Source: an uncultured Planctomycetota bacterium (GTDB taxonomy: Bacteria > Planctomycetota > Planctomycetia > Isosphaerales > Isosphaeraceae). Taken from it: a stretch of DNA of 64,000 nucleotides. Location: contig CAWJTV010000011.1 of the NCBI GenBank assembly GCA_963845755.1, forward strand, positions 1,312,001 to 1,376,000, given 5' to 3'. Shown one piece after another: positions 43,436-55,940 of the stretch. The translations under genes and the position numbers were made by a program. The notes under the pieces were generated by a model that ran no database searches, had not been told where the DNA came from, and saw only the letters and a program-made list of their open reading frames with translations. Numbering within the stretch: position 1 is the first letter of the stretch; each line of letters begins with the position of its first letter.

Positions 43436-45374
43436 ATGGACTTACTCCAGGGACTCGCGACGGCAAAGACGCTCCAGCCGAAGGTCGGTGAGGCGTGGGA
43501 GAGCCAGCCGGCCGCCGCCACGACGCCAGCGACGATCCTCTTACTGGCCATCGGGATCGGCCTGATTGCCGGTTTCCTCGACCTCGGCATGTTGATGGTC
43601 AAGCTCGCCTGCAGAAGGAGGGGTTTTATTATCTGAGTCCGGAGTTCGTCTGGCTCATTCCGGCGGGCGTCGCATCATTGGTCCTGATCCCAGGAACGAT
43701 GCTCGCCCTGATCGCCCTTCTGCGCCGCGGGAACATGCGGCCCGGCCTCGTGGTGGGGTGGCTCGTCTTCTTCGGGTCCCTGGAGCTGGCGGCTCGGCTG
43801 CCCTTGAAACTGTGGGCATTGCCCTTGCTCAGTGGCGGGGTCGCGTTCCAGTTGGCACGGCGGGTCCGTGTCCGCCCGATGGTTGTCTCGACGCTCAGCC
43901 GTCGCCTGGCGCCGGTGCTCCTGGGCATCTGGGCGGCCATCGTCCTGGTGACGTCCGGCGGCCGGGCCTGGTCGGAGCATCGCGCGACGACCACGCTGGC
44001 CGCCGCCGTCCACCCCGCGGAACGTCCTGCTGATCGTCTGGGACACCGTCCGTGCCGCCAACACGAGTCTCCACGGCTACGATCGTTCGACCACACCCCA
44101 CCTCGAGAAGCTGGCCGCGCGCGGGGTGCGGTTCGATCTGGCCTTCGCGACATCGTCCTGGACCTTGCCGTCGCACGCCAGCCTGCTCACGGGCCGCTGG
44201 CCGCACGCGCTGGGGGTCGATTGGACCACGCCCTTGCGACCCGACGTCCCCACACTCGCCGAATTCCTCGCCGCCCACGGCTACGACACAGCCGGCTTCG
44301 TGGCCAACCTCGACTATTGCGGTCGCGAAACCGGGCTGGCCCGGGGCTTCGCGCACTACGAGGATTTTCCGATCAACGCGTGGGACACGTTCAACCGTTA
44401 CCTGGCGCTCGGCCGCCGGCTCGATCTACCGTCCCGGGTTCCTGCCCTGAACGCGCTGATAGAGAGAATCTCCGGCTACCGGGCCGTCCTGTTCTTCCAC
44501 AACAAAGAGCACGCCAAGGAGGCCGCGGCGGTGAACCAGGCGTTCCTCGATTGGCTCAACTGGCAGCGAACCGGCGCCGCCCCTTCTTCGCCTTCCTGAA
44601 CTTCAACGACGCCCACCCGCCCTATGAGGTCCCCGATCCGTCGGTTGCGGGATTCGGACTCCGCCCGTCATCCGAAGGCGACCTCGAAACCCTCGCCGGC
44701 TGGAACCTCTTCGGCAAGGCGAGTCTCGCTCCGCGCGATGTCCGCCTGGTCACCGACGTCTACGACGATTCCATCGCCTATCTGGATCGCCGAATGGGGG
44801 CGCTCCTCCAAAAGCTCGACCGCCGCGACGTGCTCCAGGACACGATGGTGATCGTCACATCCGACCATGGCGAGCATCTGGGCGATCACGGGCTCTTGTT
44901 CCACGGCGGCAGCCTGTATCGCCAGCTCGTCCAGGTCCCCCTGGTGATCGTGGGCCCCGACGTGCCGTCGGGCCGGGCGGTGGCCGATCCAGTCAGTCAG
45001 CGCGACTTACCGGCGACGATCATCGATCTGCTCCAACCGGACAGACTGCGCCGTTTCCAGGGCGGTCGCTGGCACGTTTCTGGGACAAGGGCCTGGAATC
45101 GGAGGCGGGCCGTTCGCGCTCCGAACCCCTGCTGATCCAGACCGGCAAGCCGATCTACCTGATGAACCAGGGTCGCGAGCCGGTCGCCAAGGGACCGATG
45201 TCTTCCGTGGTGGCTGCCGGGATGCATTACATCCGCGAAGCCGATGGGCGGGAGGAACTCTTCCTGCTGGATTCCGATCCGGAAGAAGGCCGCAACATGG
45301 GGGACTCATCGGCGGCCGCCGCGGTTCTCCATCAGTTCCGCCAGGATCTCTTGTTGCTGTTCAAGAGAGACTGA
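43436..45374 (+). CDS. Membrane-anchored sulfatase-like (alkaline phosphatase superfamily) enzyme; frameshifted
   Basis: N-terminal TMs; NVLLIVWDTVRA, WTLPSHASLLTG, FLNFNDAHPPY, VTSDHGE..HG. Confidence 0.88.
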
Positions 45375-45514
45375 AATGAACCCACGGAAGTTGCCATTCC
45401 GCCCGATGGGAAAACCGCCCATCCCGCAGCGGGACCCCGGCGGCTCATGAGCGCGTTGACCGCTCCGTTGGCTTCCCGGGGGCTCCCTCGAGACACGCTC
45501 GATGAGGATGACAC

Positions 45515-46824
45515 ATGCCTGAGACGATGGCCGGCGCACCGACTTTCGGACCCGAGCACCCCCGGCTCCGGCCGGTTGCGGAGCGCCGAGCCCGGTTTAT
45601 CTGTGCGCTCTCGCTGGCAGCGGTCCTGGTCGCCGCGGTCTACGTGGCGGTGACCGCCAGGCGGCCCGGGGCGCCAAGCGGACACGGCAAGGGCGTGCGA
45701 TTGCTCACGGTGGACCGGCCATTTCCCGCCCAGGGACGATATCCGTCAGACCCCTACATCGGGTCCCGGGTTTGTGCGGAATGCCACCCGGGTGAATCCG
45801 CACTCCACTCCCTCTCCGGACACGCCCGAACCTTGCGTCCGGCCGGTCGGCGGGCCCTCGCGCGTCAACTGGACGGAACCAGGTTCAGCGATCCGGAGTA
45901 TCCTGATGTACTCTGGAGCTACCAGTACCGCGACGGACAGTTGCACATCCTCCGCACCGACCAGGCCAAGGTCGAGGATCGCATCGCCGAGTATGCATTC
46001 GGCTCGGGTCAGCACGCCACGACCTTCGTAAGCGTGATCGATCCCAAGATCCCCGCGATCCTCGAGCATCGGATCACCCATTACACGCAGACCGGGACGC
46101 TGGGTCTGACCCCCGGCCAGAACGCGCGACCTCGATCGCCCGGCCTGGATTCCCACGGGGGCATGATCTCGGCACGCAACGCCCGGAAGTGTTTCGGATG
46201 TCACACGACCCAGACCTCCGCCCGCGAGGATTTGCCGATCGACGAGGCGACGCTGATTCCCAACGTGACCTGCGAGCGCCGTCACGGACCGGCGAGGGCC
46301 CATGTCGAGACGGCGCGGCGCAACTCGACGAGCGCCGAGCTTCGGCTCCCGTTCGGTCCGGACCGATCCACGGCCGAGGGCCTGCTGATGCTTTGTGGCA
46401 CGTGCCACCGTCATCCGTCCAAGGCTCAGCCCGGCCAGATCCGGCCCGATGACCCTCACCTGGCACGATTCCAGCCGGTAGGAATCCTCGAGTCCCGGTG
46501 CTTCCGCGAAAGTAACGGCGCTTTCAGTTGCGTCACTTGCCACGATCCGCATGCACGGGCTTCCTCCGACCGGGCGTCGTATTTCGAACATTTGCTTGTC
46601 CTGCCATGGGGGAAGCGGTTCAGACGACCGGCCGACCGTCGCCGGGACCCCGTGCCCCGTCGGGCCGCGCGGCGATTGCGTCGAGTGTCACATGCCGCGC
46701 GTCGAAGCGGGCCAGCACGTCCTCTTCACCGACCACTGGATCCGGATCCGGCGCCGGGCGAATCCATGCTGCCCCTACGTGGTCCCGCCCGAACCTGAAG
46801 CTCCTCGACACGCCCGAGCCCTGA
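45515..46824 (+). CDS. Multiheme c-type cytochrome, paralog of 39186-40521; frameshifted
   Basis: CAECH, CFGCH, CERRH (variant), CGTCH, CVTCH, CLSCH, CVECH; shares the C-terminus PNLKLLxTPEP*. Confidence 0.88.
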
Positions 46825-46933
46825 GAATCGACGCGGTCCTGGATCGGGGCTCGACAAGCCGACCGGATTCCTGAGATGCTTTCATTAGAGCGCCTCACAG
46901 CTGGCTGGCACACACTCGAAGCCTGCTCCCGAA

Positions 46934-47013
46934 GAACCCCCCCGAACCCCCCCTTCGCAAGGGGGGGATCTTGATCGGGAAAAATCCCGTTTCCTGTCCC
47001 CCCCTTGCGAAGG
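46934..47013. repeat. REP-like element (CCCCCCTTCGCAAGGGGGG family), left part, interrupted by the IS
   Basis: Hairpins CCCCCCCTTCGCAAGGGGGGG and CCCCCCCTTGCGAAGG; continues at 48592-48616. Confidence 0.8.
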
Positions 47014-48591
47014 CAGTGAGTTCAGGGTCTTGGCGTTCCACCGCGGATCCGAGGTCCGTATCATAAATACCCATCGGATTGCACCTTCGGTCCTCTCAGG
47101 AGTCCTTCGGTTATGGAGGTCGCCGTCTTTTCCGCAGCCGTCCGGAGTCCTTCGGTCCTCAACGACACCCCGTTTGCCGCCGAGGTGCTGAGTCGGCTTC
47201 CTCTGGCCGACTCGGTGTGGCGGTTGCTGCACTACGCGATGGCGGATTCGTGGCTGGATGATCTCTGGGCGCGAAATCGCGGGCCCTGCTTCGAGAAGCA
47301 GTTGAAGTTCCGCACGCTGGCCCATCTGATCACCGATGCCTTGATCGAGCACGAGGGGAGTGGCTACCAGGCCTTCACGCGGGCCCAGGAACAGGGCACG
47401 CTGCCGGTCTCGATCACCTCGTCCTATGACAAGTTGGGGAACCTGCCCCTGCCCCTCAGCGAGGCCCTGCTCGCCGAAGGCACCCAGCGGCTCAACGCGG
47501 TCCTGCCTGAGACCCTGGCCGTGGAGCCGTTGCCGGCGTGTTGGGCCGGGTTCGAAGTCTTCGGGGCCGACGGCAAGGCGATCAAGCACGTTCGCCGGCT
47601 CCTCAAGCCGTTGCGCGGCTTGCAGGCGGGGATCCTCGGTGCGCGGGCGTCGGTGGGCTTGGACCTGCGGACGGGCCTGGCCGTCGCGATGGTGGGCCAC
47701 CTCGACGGCGAAGCCGGTGAAGCGGCTCTCACCGAGGGCCTGCTGCCGAAGTTGGCGGAGTTGGCCGGGGAGAAGTTGTGGTTGGTGGTCCTGGACCGAC
47801 TCTACTGCAACCTGAGTTTTCCCCGGGAGGTGTTGAAGGCCGGCGGCCATTTCCTGATCCGCTACTGCAGCAACACGACGTTCGTTGCCGATGCGTCCCG
47901 GCCGGCGCAGGAGCTCCGCGACGCCGACGGGCGCCGGATCGTGCAGGAGTGGGGCTGGCTGGGCAAGGTCGCCAAGGCCGACCGCGTGTACGTGCGCCGG
48001 ATCACCAAGCATCTGGCCGACGGCAAGGAGTTGGGCGTGATCACCGACCTGTTGGACGAGGCGACGTATCCCGCCGAGGCGATGCTCACGACGTATCACA
48101 GTCGCTGGAGTTTGGAGACGGTCTTCCAGCAGATCACCGACGTGTTCTCGCTGAAGCACCTCATCGGCACGCAGCCGAAGGCGGTCCTGTTCCAGTTGTC
48201 GTTCTGCCTGCTGCTGTACAACGCCCTGCAAGTCGTGCGGACGCACCTGGCATCGCATCAAGAGTGTGAGGCCAAGGCGATCTCCAACGAGAAGCTCTTC
48301 GGTGACGTGGAGCGGCAAATGGTGTCGGTCAGCGAGTTGGTTGAGGTCAAGACGTTGCTGTCGTTGCTGGGCGCCGTGCCGACGGCGAGTGAGGTGCGCA
48401 CGTACTTGCGGGAGCGGTTCGCGGCGCCTGGAGCGACCGTTGGTGGAAAGCGGCCACTCCGGCCGTGGCGGTCATCAGAAAGTCAAGAAGCGTGTGCTCG
48501 GCAACCATACGTCAACCTACCGGGTTCTCCAGCAAGCACATGAGCAAAAGACGGGGCCCCCTAGAGCCAGAGGAAAACCCTGAACTCACTG
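47014..48591 (+). mobile_element. Complete IS4-family insertion sequence
   Basis: 15-bp perfect terminal IRs CAGTGAGTTCAGGGT / ACCCTGAACTCACTG; 11-bp target duplication CCTTGCGAAGG at 47003-47013 and 48592-48602. Confidence 0.92.
47113..48583 (+). CDS. IS4-family DDE transposase; frameshift near 3' end
   Basis: FGADGK, VLDRLY, YHSRWSLETVFQQI (Y-2-R-3-E motif); probable stop TGA lies inside the right IR. Confidence 0.88.
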
Positions 48592-48624
48592 CCTTGCGAA
48601 GGGGGGGTTGGGGGGTGAATTCTC

Positions 48625-48690
48625 GTAGGGTGCTCTGTGAGCACCGAATTCGGCAAAGGGCGTCGCATCGGTGCTCACAGAGCACCCTAC
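48625..48690. repeat. GTAG-type REP doublet (REPIN)
   Basis: GTAGGGTGCTCTGTGAGCACC ... GGTGCTCACAGAGCACCCTAC in inverted orientation. Confidence 0.85.
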
Positions 48691-48732
48691 AAAGACCTTC
48701 CGAGACAGTCTCTGATCAAAGGAGAATCGCCG

Positions 48733-51116
48733 ATGCGCCTCGGGCAGAAGATCGTCCTCTCCGGGGCGTGCAGCGCCGCGATCGTGGCAGGTGTCAGCGC
48801 CTGGGTGCCGTCGCGACTTCGTCGGGAACGGCATCCTGAGTCCCCGGGCCGAAGGTGGGCCATTCGACACCTACGGTGAAGCCCGGTGTGGAGTCGTTTC
48901 CCGACCCCAATGCACCCGGGACCGGGCCGAGCGTCTTCCTCGATCGAAGCGACTTCGACCAGGATGGCTTCGAGCGGCACTCCCCTTCACGGGCTTGATC
49001 CGGGACGCCGGCTCGCTGGAGGAGGTGCGCAAGGCCGTTCGCGAACGTGGCCCGTCGCGGGATCGCCGCGCTGCGGACGCAATACGATCGGCTCCGTCTC
49101 GACTCGTCCCCCGACCACTCCGCAGCGACGCGAAGCCATCCGCCTCGAGAAGCTCGATCGCGTGCCTTATATATGCACGAGGGCAAGTTCGCCGAGGCCG
49201 CGTCGTGGCTGGGGCGGATCCTGGAGCCCGGCCGGGAGCCGGCGGTTTCCGCCGATCTCCAGGCCGAGGTGCATGTCCTGCTGGGCATCGCCGCGCTGCG
49301 GAGGGGTGAGATCGAGAACTGCCTGGACTGTGTCGGCCCGTCGAGCTGCATCTTCCCGATCGGCGCGAGGCCTGCCACGTCAGCCGGCCGGCTCGCGCGA
49401 GGCGATCCAGCAGTTCACCGCCTACCTGGAGCACGAGCCCGGCGACCTCCGCGTCCGCTGGCTGCTGAACCTCGCCTACATGACGCTGGGCGAGTATCCC
49501 CGAGAAGGTCCCGCCGGCGTACCTGATCCCGCTCGATCGCTTCCGCTCGAAGCTCGCAAGTGGGCCGGTTCGAAAACGTCGCCCAGCGGGCCGGCCTGGG
49601 GTCCAGGGGCCCGAACCTGGCCGGCGGCAGCATCTTCGACGATTTCAACGGCGACGACCTGCCCGACCTGTTCACGACGTCGATCGATGCCGACCTCGGG
49701 GCCTCCCTGTTCATCAACCGAGGCGATGGCACGTTCGAGGATCGTTCCGCCGCGGCCGGCCTCGGCGAGCAGGTCTATGCCCTCAACGTCGCCCGCGCCG
49801 ACTACGACAACGACGGCAACCCCGACGTCCTGCTGCTGCGGGGCGCCTGGGAGAAGTCGGCCCGGCTCTCGCTGCTGCGGAACAAGGGGGACGGGCGCTT
49901 CGAGGACGTGACCATCGCCAGCGGGCTCGGCGAGCCGCTCTCGACCGAGTCCGCCGCCTGGGGCGACTACGACAACGACGGCCGGCTCGACCTGTTCGTC
50001 TGCGGCGAGTACCACGGCGAGCACCCGACGCCCGCAACCGCTGCCGGCTCTACCACAACCAGGGCGACGGCACATTCAAGAACGTCGCCGCCGCGGCCGG
50101 CGTCGTCAACGAACGCGTGGCCAAGGGGTCGGCCTGGGGCGACTACGACGGCGACGGGCGGCTCGACCTGTTCGTCTCCAACCTCGACGCGCCCTGCCGC
50201 CTCTACCACAACGAGGGGAACGGCACCTTCCGCGACGTCGCCCGCGAGATGGGCGTCGCCGGGCCTCGCCACAACCGTCGTTCGCCTGCTGGTTCTGGGA
50301 CTTCGACAACGACGGCCGGCTCGACCTCTTCGTCAACGACTACTACGCCCAGCTGGCCGACGTTGTCGCCTATTACCTGGGCCTGAAGGGCAAGGACCCC
50401 GGCCATCCCCGCCTCTACCGCAACCTCGGCGCCCAGGGCTTCCGCGACGTGAGCCTGGAGGTCGGCCTCGATCGGCCGATCCCGGCGATGGGGGCCAACT
50501 TCGCGTGACATCGACAACGACGGTTACCTCGACGCCTACTTCGGGACCGGCTGGATGTCGTACTCGGGCCTGGTCCCCAACGTGATGCTCAAGAGCGTCG
50601 AGGGGCGCCGATTCGAAGACGTCACCGACGCCACGGGGACGGGCCACCTCCAGAAGGGGCATGGCGTCTCGTTCGCCGACTACGACTGCGACGGCGACCT
50701 CGACCTCTTCGTCGTCCTCGGCGGTGCTTACCCGGGCGACCAGGCGTACAACGTCCTGTTCCAGAACCCCGGGCACGGCCGGCACTGGCTGAAGGTCAAG
50801 CTCGTCGGCACCAGGACCAACCGCTCGGCGCTGGGGGCCAGGATCCAGGTCGAGCTGAAGGGGCCCGGCGGCGCCGTCGCGGTCGATCTATCGCGTGATC
50901 GGCAACAACGGCAGCTTCGGCGGCAACACCCTGGTCGAGACGATCGGTCTGGGCGACGCCACGGTCGATCGCCCAGTTGACCGTGACCTGGCCGACGAGC
51001 CGAACCCGCCAGACCTTCCTCGACGTGGCCGCCGGCCAGGCGATCGAGATCACCGAGGGGACCGACGGCTACCGCAGTCCTCGACCGACGCGCCGTTCGC
51101 GAGCCCGGCTCGATGA
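48733..51116 (+). CDS. Second CRTAC1-family protein (TPR, FG-GAP, ASPIC-UnbV); multiple frameshifts
   Basis: [36 protein letters not shown] repeats, [31 protein letters not shown]. Confidence 0.88.
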
Positions 51117-51129
51117 CATCGGACCGATC

Positions 51130-52664
51130 ATGCACGAAACCGTCACACAACCTGCACGACGGCAAAAGGCGGTCGGTGGGAATCCTGGGCCTCCTGTGCG
51201 GGGCGCTGGTCCTCCTCGCCGGCTACTACTTGTTACGTCGCCCGGGAGCGGGCACACGTCACCGGCGACCGGACGCCGCTGCTGGTCCCCGCCGCGAGCC
51301 GCTCGCGCCGGGGGTCCACCTCCTCGGCGGCCTGAAACCATCCGCGGCTTACGTGGTCGCGACCTCGGAGGGGCTCGTCTTGATCGATTCGGGCCTCGAG
51401 CGTCCGACGCGAGTCCTCTCGGTCGCAGATGGCGGAGCTCGGCCTCGATTGGCGCGGCGTGCGCGCCATCTTGCTCACCCACGTCCACGGCGACCATTCC
51501 GGAGGTGCCCGGTACCTGCGCGAGATGACGGGGGCGAAGGTCTAGCCGGCGCGGGCGATGCCGCGGTCCTGAGGGCCGGCGGCCGCGCGAGGCATTCTTC
51601 AGCACATTCCAAATGCCCGAGTGACACCACACCCCACGACGGTGGACGTGGAACTCCAGGGCGGGGAATCGATCGCCTTCGGGGATGTCCGCTTCCGGGC
51701 CCTGGCCACTCCCGGACATACCCCGGGAAGTATCTGTTACATGATGGAGGGGCGGACCTGCGCGCCTTGTTCGCGGCGATGTGATCACCATGCTCCTCGG
51801 CAACGCGAAGCGGCCCGGCGACGTCGGCCGGCCCCTGGGTACGTACTCGGCGTACCTGCGCCCCGCTACCGTGGCAACGCCAAGGACTACCTGGCATCGC
51901 TCCGGTTGCTGCGTTCGCTGCCGGTCCCCGACCTCGTGTTGCCCGGCCACCCGGCGCCGACCCGACACCCCAGAGCCCGATCCTGTCGCAACGACGATGG
52001 GAGAACCTGCTCGACGGCGGCATCCGCGAGATGGAGACCCTCATGGCCCGCTATGAAGCGGATGGAGAAAACTTCCTGGATGGCGTTCCCAAGCACATCC
52101 TGCCCGACCTCGATTACCTGGGCGAGTTCGAGGGCGTCGCCGTCTACGGCCTGTTCGCCAGGTCCAGCTCTACCTCGTCGCCCCGAGTGGGACCGGTCTC
52201 GCCGCGTTCGTGGAGAGCCGCCTTCGCCAGCTTGGCCGGAAGCCGGCGGCACCCACCGCGGTCTTGCTCCCGGCGGGCGATGCGAGGACCCCCTCGGCCG
52301 AGGAGCTGGCGGCCCGCGCCGGCATCGCGATCCGACCCATCCCGCTGAAAGGACGAGGCTCCTCGCCGATGGCCTATCAGCTCGAGTGGGCCGGGAAACG
52401 AGTGTTGTTCTCCGGGCGGATCCCGTCAAGATCACACCCGAGTCCGTCGCCGCTTTGGTCTCCGACATTGGGACGTCGAAAGCCCGTTTACAGGAATACG
52501 CGGACTCGATCAAAGCGCTCCGCGGCCTTTCGCCGCAACTCTGGCTGCCCGCAACCCCGATCGAGGGCCAGAATGCCAACCTCTATGACGATGATTGGGA
52601 ACGCGTCCTCGACGCCAACCGGGATGTCACGCGATTCGCCCTTTCCCGGGTCAGGTTGAATTGA
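51130..52664 (+). CDS. Membrane-anchored MBL-fold metallo-hydrolase; frameshifted
   Basis: VLIDSG, LLTHVHGDH, ATPGHTPGS, LFxGD, VLPGH; second degenerate MBL-like half. Confidence 0.8.
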
Positions 52665-52781
52665 ATGATGAGGCATCCGAGATTACGGTGGGTGAGATCC
52701 ATCGCGGAGTCGCATCCAATCGCATGGTGCCGCGACGGAGATCCGCCGGCAACGTCGCGCTTCGGGAGGGGCTGAACTGAG

Positions 52782-54140
52782 ATGAACCCCACGGACGTCG
52801 CCATCCCTCCGGATGGGAGGACCTCTCATCCCGCGCGAAGACTCCCGGGCCTCATGGTCGGGGCGAGCATCGTGCTCCTGGTCGGCCTGACGGTCGTGCT
52901 GTGGTGGCGCGGGACGCATTCCTCCGCCCTGAGCCCGGTCCAAGCCGCGACGGCGCGGGCGGGATTATCTCCGTTCGGGACGGCCGGACCTGGCGTTCCA
53001 GGCCGTCAGCGACGTGCGCGACGAGTCACCCGAGGCGGGGGAGGCGATGGCCGTCGCCGGGTTGGCGCTGGCACGAATGGGAAAATACCGCATGGCGCGG
53101 ATGCGCTGGAGCGTGCCTTGAAGCTCCAGCCGAACCAGTTCGAAGCCGCCGTGACTCTCGCCGAATTGAACCTCGATCTGGGGAATGCCCGGCGCGGGGC
53201 CGACGTGCTCGAGGCGGCCACCCGGCTTCGTCCGCGCGAGTTCGGCGTCTGGCGGCTCCTGGGCCATACCTTCAACGACCTCAACGATCCCGACGGCGCC
53301 GACCTAGCTTATCAGAAGGCCCTCGAGCTGCGGCCCGAGGACCGCGAGGTGCTGTCCAGCTTGATCGCCCTGCTGGTCAACAACGGCCGATCGGCCCGCG
53401 CCGGAACCTGGATCGACCGGGCACTCAAGTCGAATCCCGAGGATCCCGCCGTCCTGGGCCTGGCGCGCGAGGGGCCCTCGAGGAGAATCGGATCGACGAG
53501 GCCCTGGCCTTCGCCGATCGGGCCCTGAAGGGCGATCCTCAGAACCCCGATGCCTTGATGGCCCCGCGCAATGTCGGGCCGCCCGCCGCGCAATGGCAGG
53601 AAGCCCTCCCCGACGCGGAGCGCGCCGGCGCTGGCGCCCAATGACCTGCCCCCGCTCCAATGGCTCGCCATCGTCGAGGCCCGCCTGGGATTGACCGAAC
53701 GCGCCGCCCAGACCACGGCCCGGCGCATCCAGGTCCAGCAACGGGCCAAGCTGATGGATCGACTGAAAGCCGAGTTCGAGGCCCATCCCGATGACCCGAC
53801 GATCCCCTGGAAGATGGGCGAGCTCGCCCGCGAAGCCGGCTCGTTCCGGCTCGCCGGCCGCTGCTTCGAAGCGTCGTTGGCCCTCGACCCGAATTATGAA
53901 AAGGCACGCGCGAGCCTGGCGGTTCTGAAGGCCGCGCATCCCGAGATGGCCCGGAATCCCATCCCTCCGACTCATCGTCACGGGACCAATCGCTTCCCGG
54001 GTGCTCCCTTAAACCAGCTCGATGAATGGCTTCGACCACCGTGGGCCGGACGGAAGGGCTCCCGACCGCGTCACCCGGGGAGACCCTCGGTCGGCCGGGT
54101 GGCAAGGTCGGGAGTCCTTCCCACAACGCAGGAGGCGTAA
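52782..54140 (+). CDS. TPR-repeat protein with N-terminal TM; frameshifted, 3' end uncertain
   Basis: ALERALKLQPN, AYQKALELRPED, FEASLALDPNYEKARASL. Confidence 0.8.
54040..54128. repeat. Palindromic REP-like element between convergent TPR genes
   Basis: GGAAGGGCTCCCGACC ... GGTCGGGAGTCCTTCC inverted arms. Confidence 0.6.
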
Positions 54141-54152
54141 GCAACCCAATCG

Positions 54153-55504
54153 TCAGGGGCGATTGGAGGAACTCTCGGCGGCGGCGAATTCATCGGCGAA
54201 CACCGCAGCCAAGGTTCGCCCCGCCCGTTTCCCGGTCTTGGCACGACGGCTGACCCGGTCGAGATCCTTCCGCAGGTCGTCGGGTTCCCGACCCATCCCA
54301 ATGGCCCAGTTCAAGAAGACCTTGGCCTCGAACCAGCAGCCGAGTTGTTCCGCCAGGTGGGCCATCTCCACCGCGTCGCGGTTCGGTTGACTCCGTTGAT
54401 AGAGTTTCTGGTATCGAGCCAGGAGCCCTCCGATCCTGGCCTTCTCGCGGCGGAGTTCGGTCGGCGCGCGGGGTGGCCCTCTTGGACCTCCAACTGGGCC
54501 AACCGGTTGAACGAGGTGAAGTCGGTGGGATCGTCCGCGATCATTCGTTCCAGGTCACGCCGTTTCATCGCGACATCCTTGCGGTAAGTGATCACCCAGG
54601 CCGTCACCCTGTGGATCTCGGCAGGCGTTAACGCCTCGGCCGGCAGATGCGCGAGAGCCTCTCGTGCCTCAGCGATGCGTCCGGTCGCCATGGCCCAGTT
54701 CGCGCGGGCTCGCCAGACTGGGATGTCCTGGGGACGCCGCGGCAGACAGGCTTCGAGCCACCGAGCCGCCTCGTCGAACAGCCGACACGTAGCGCCAGGT
54801 TGGCTTTCCCGAGCCAGATTCGATCGTCCTCGGGAGCCAACCGAGCCGCACGATCGAGAAAGGAGCGAATGGCCTCGACCGGGGTCAAGCTCCCTGGGAG
54901 GCCGATGTGGACCCGGACCAAGGTCATCGCCGCCGCCGAGGCCCCTCCGCCCTTCGCATTCAGGTGGTCCCAGGTCGCCTCGATGAGACGCACCAGTTCC
55001 TCAAGGCGGCCCTCGATGCTATAAATGGGCACCAGCAGCTCGAGCAAGCCGACCTCGTCGGCCCGCGGGTCCGCCATCAATTCGTTGATGAGCCGCTCGG
55101 CGTCCGCGAGACGCCCATTCTCGATTTCGAGGTCCAAGCGAGCGCGGATCGCTCGACGTGCAAACCAGGAGCTCGGCGGAACCCGTGCCCAGGCCTCGGA
55201 GGCCGCCTGAGGCCGCCGCGCCCTTCTCGCAGACTCCCAGGAGATAGACCGCCTCGTCCGAGTCGGGCTTCCATGAAAGGAGATCCATCAAGTGCCGCGC
55301 GGCCGACCCATGCCGGCCGTCTTGAATCTCCTGGTTGATCTCCGCGATGGCCCTCCGATAGCGCCGAACGTCCCGCCATCTCCAGCCTCCCCAGATCACT
55401 CCCACGGCGAGGACGGCCAGCAACAACCACCGGCTCCATCGCCGCTCGTGCAGGATTTTTCCTCGTTCCTTCGCGACGGGGAGTTCCGGCATTTCCATTC
55501 GCAT
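54153..55504 (-). CDS. TPR-repeat protein with N-terminal TM; frameshifted
   Basis: TM WLLLAVLAVGVIWGGW; EAVYLLGVCE, APEDDRIWLGKANLA, EMAHLAEQLGCWFEA. Confidence 0.75.
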
Positions 55505-55940
55505 TCGTTCCCTTCGACACCCCGGCGAGCTCTCTGCTGGGTGAATTGCCGGCACGCGACGGTGTCAAGCACGCCCATGTCAGGTGGCTGGTGGAACTCG
55601 GTGGCCCGTCACCCTGAGTCTGGCCGGGCTCCGGGCGAGGCCGGCTGCTGTCTCCATCCGCCCATCTTCGATTCCTGATGATGCGAGACAGATTGATTCG
55701 GCTCCGCGGGAGTGGCCTGCGGGGAGGGCTCGCTTCAAGCCGGTGAAACGGCAAGTCCAAGGCTCAGTCTATTCCCCTCGTCCCAGGGTCGCAACGCGTT
55801 CGGCCCGAGCTGCCGAGTGCCGAAACGGCCGGGGCACAACCAACACGTCCCGAGAATCTTGCCGGAGAGCATGTGCGGTGCTATTCTCCATGGTTCGAAG
55901 TTCGAACGACTCTCTTCACGACTAGGACGCGATCCGGTCC

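Noticed and set aside
40701..51116. Enediyne biosynthetic cluster inferred from UnbV domains
   Set aside because: No enediyne PKS, UnbL or UnbU is visible in the window.
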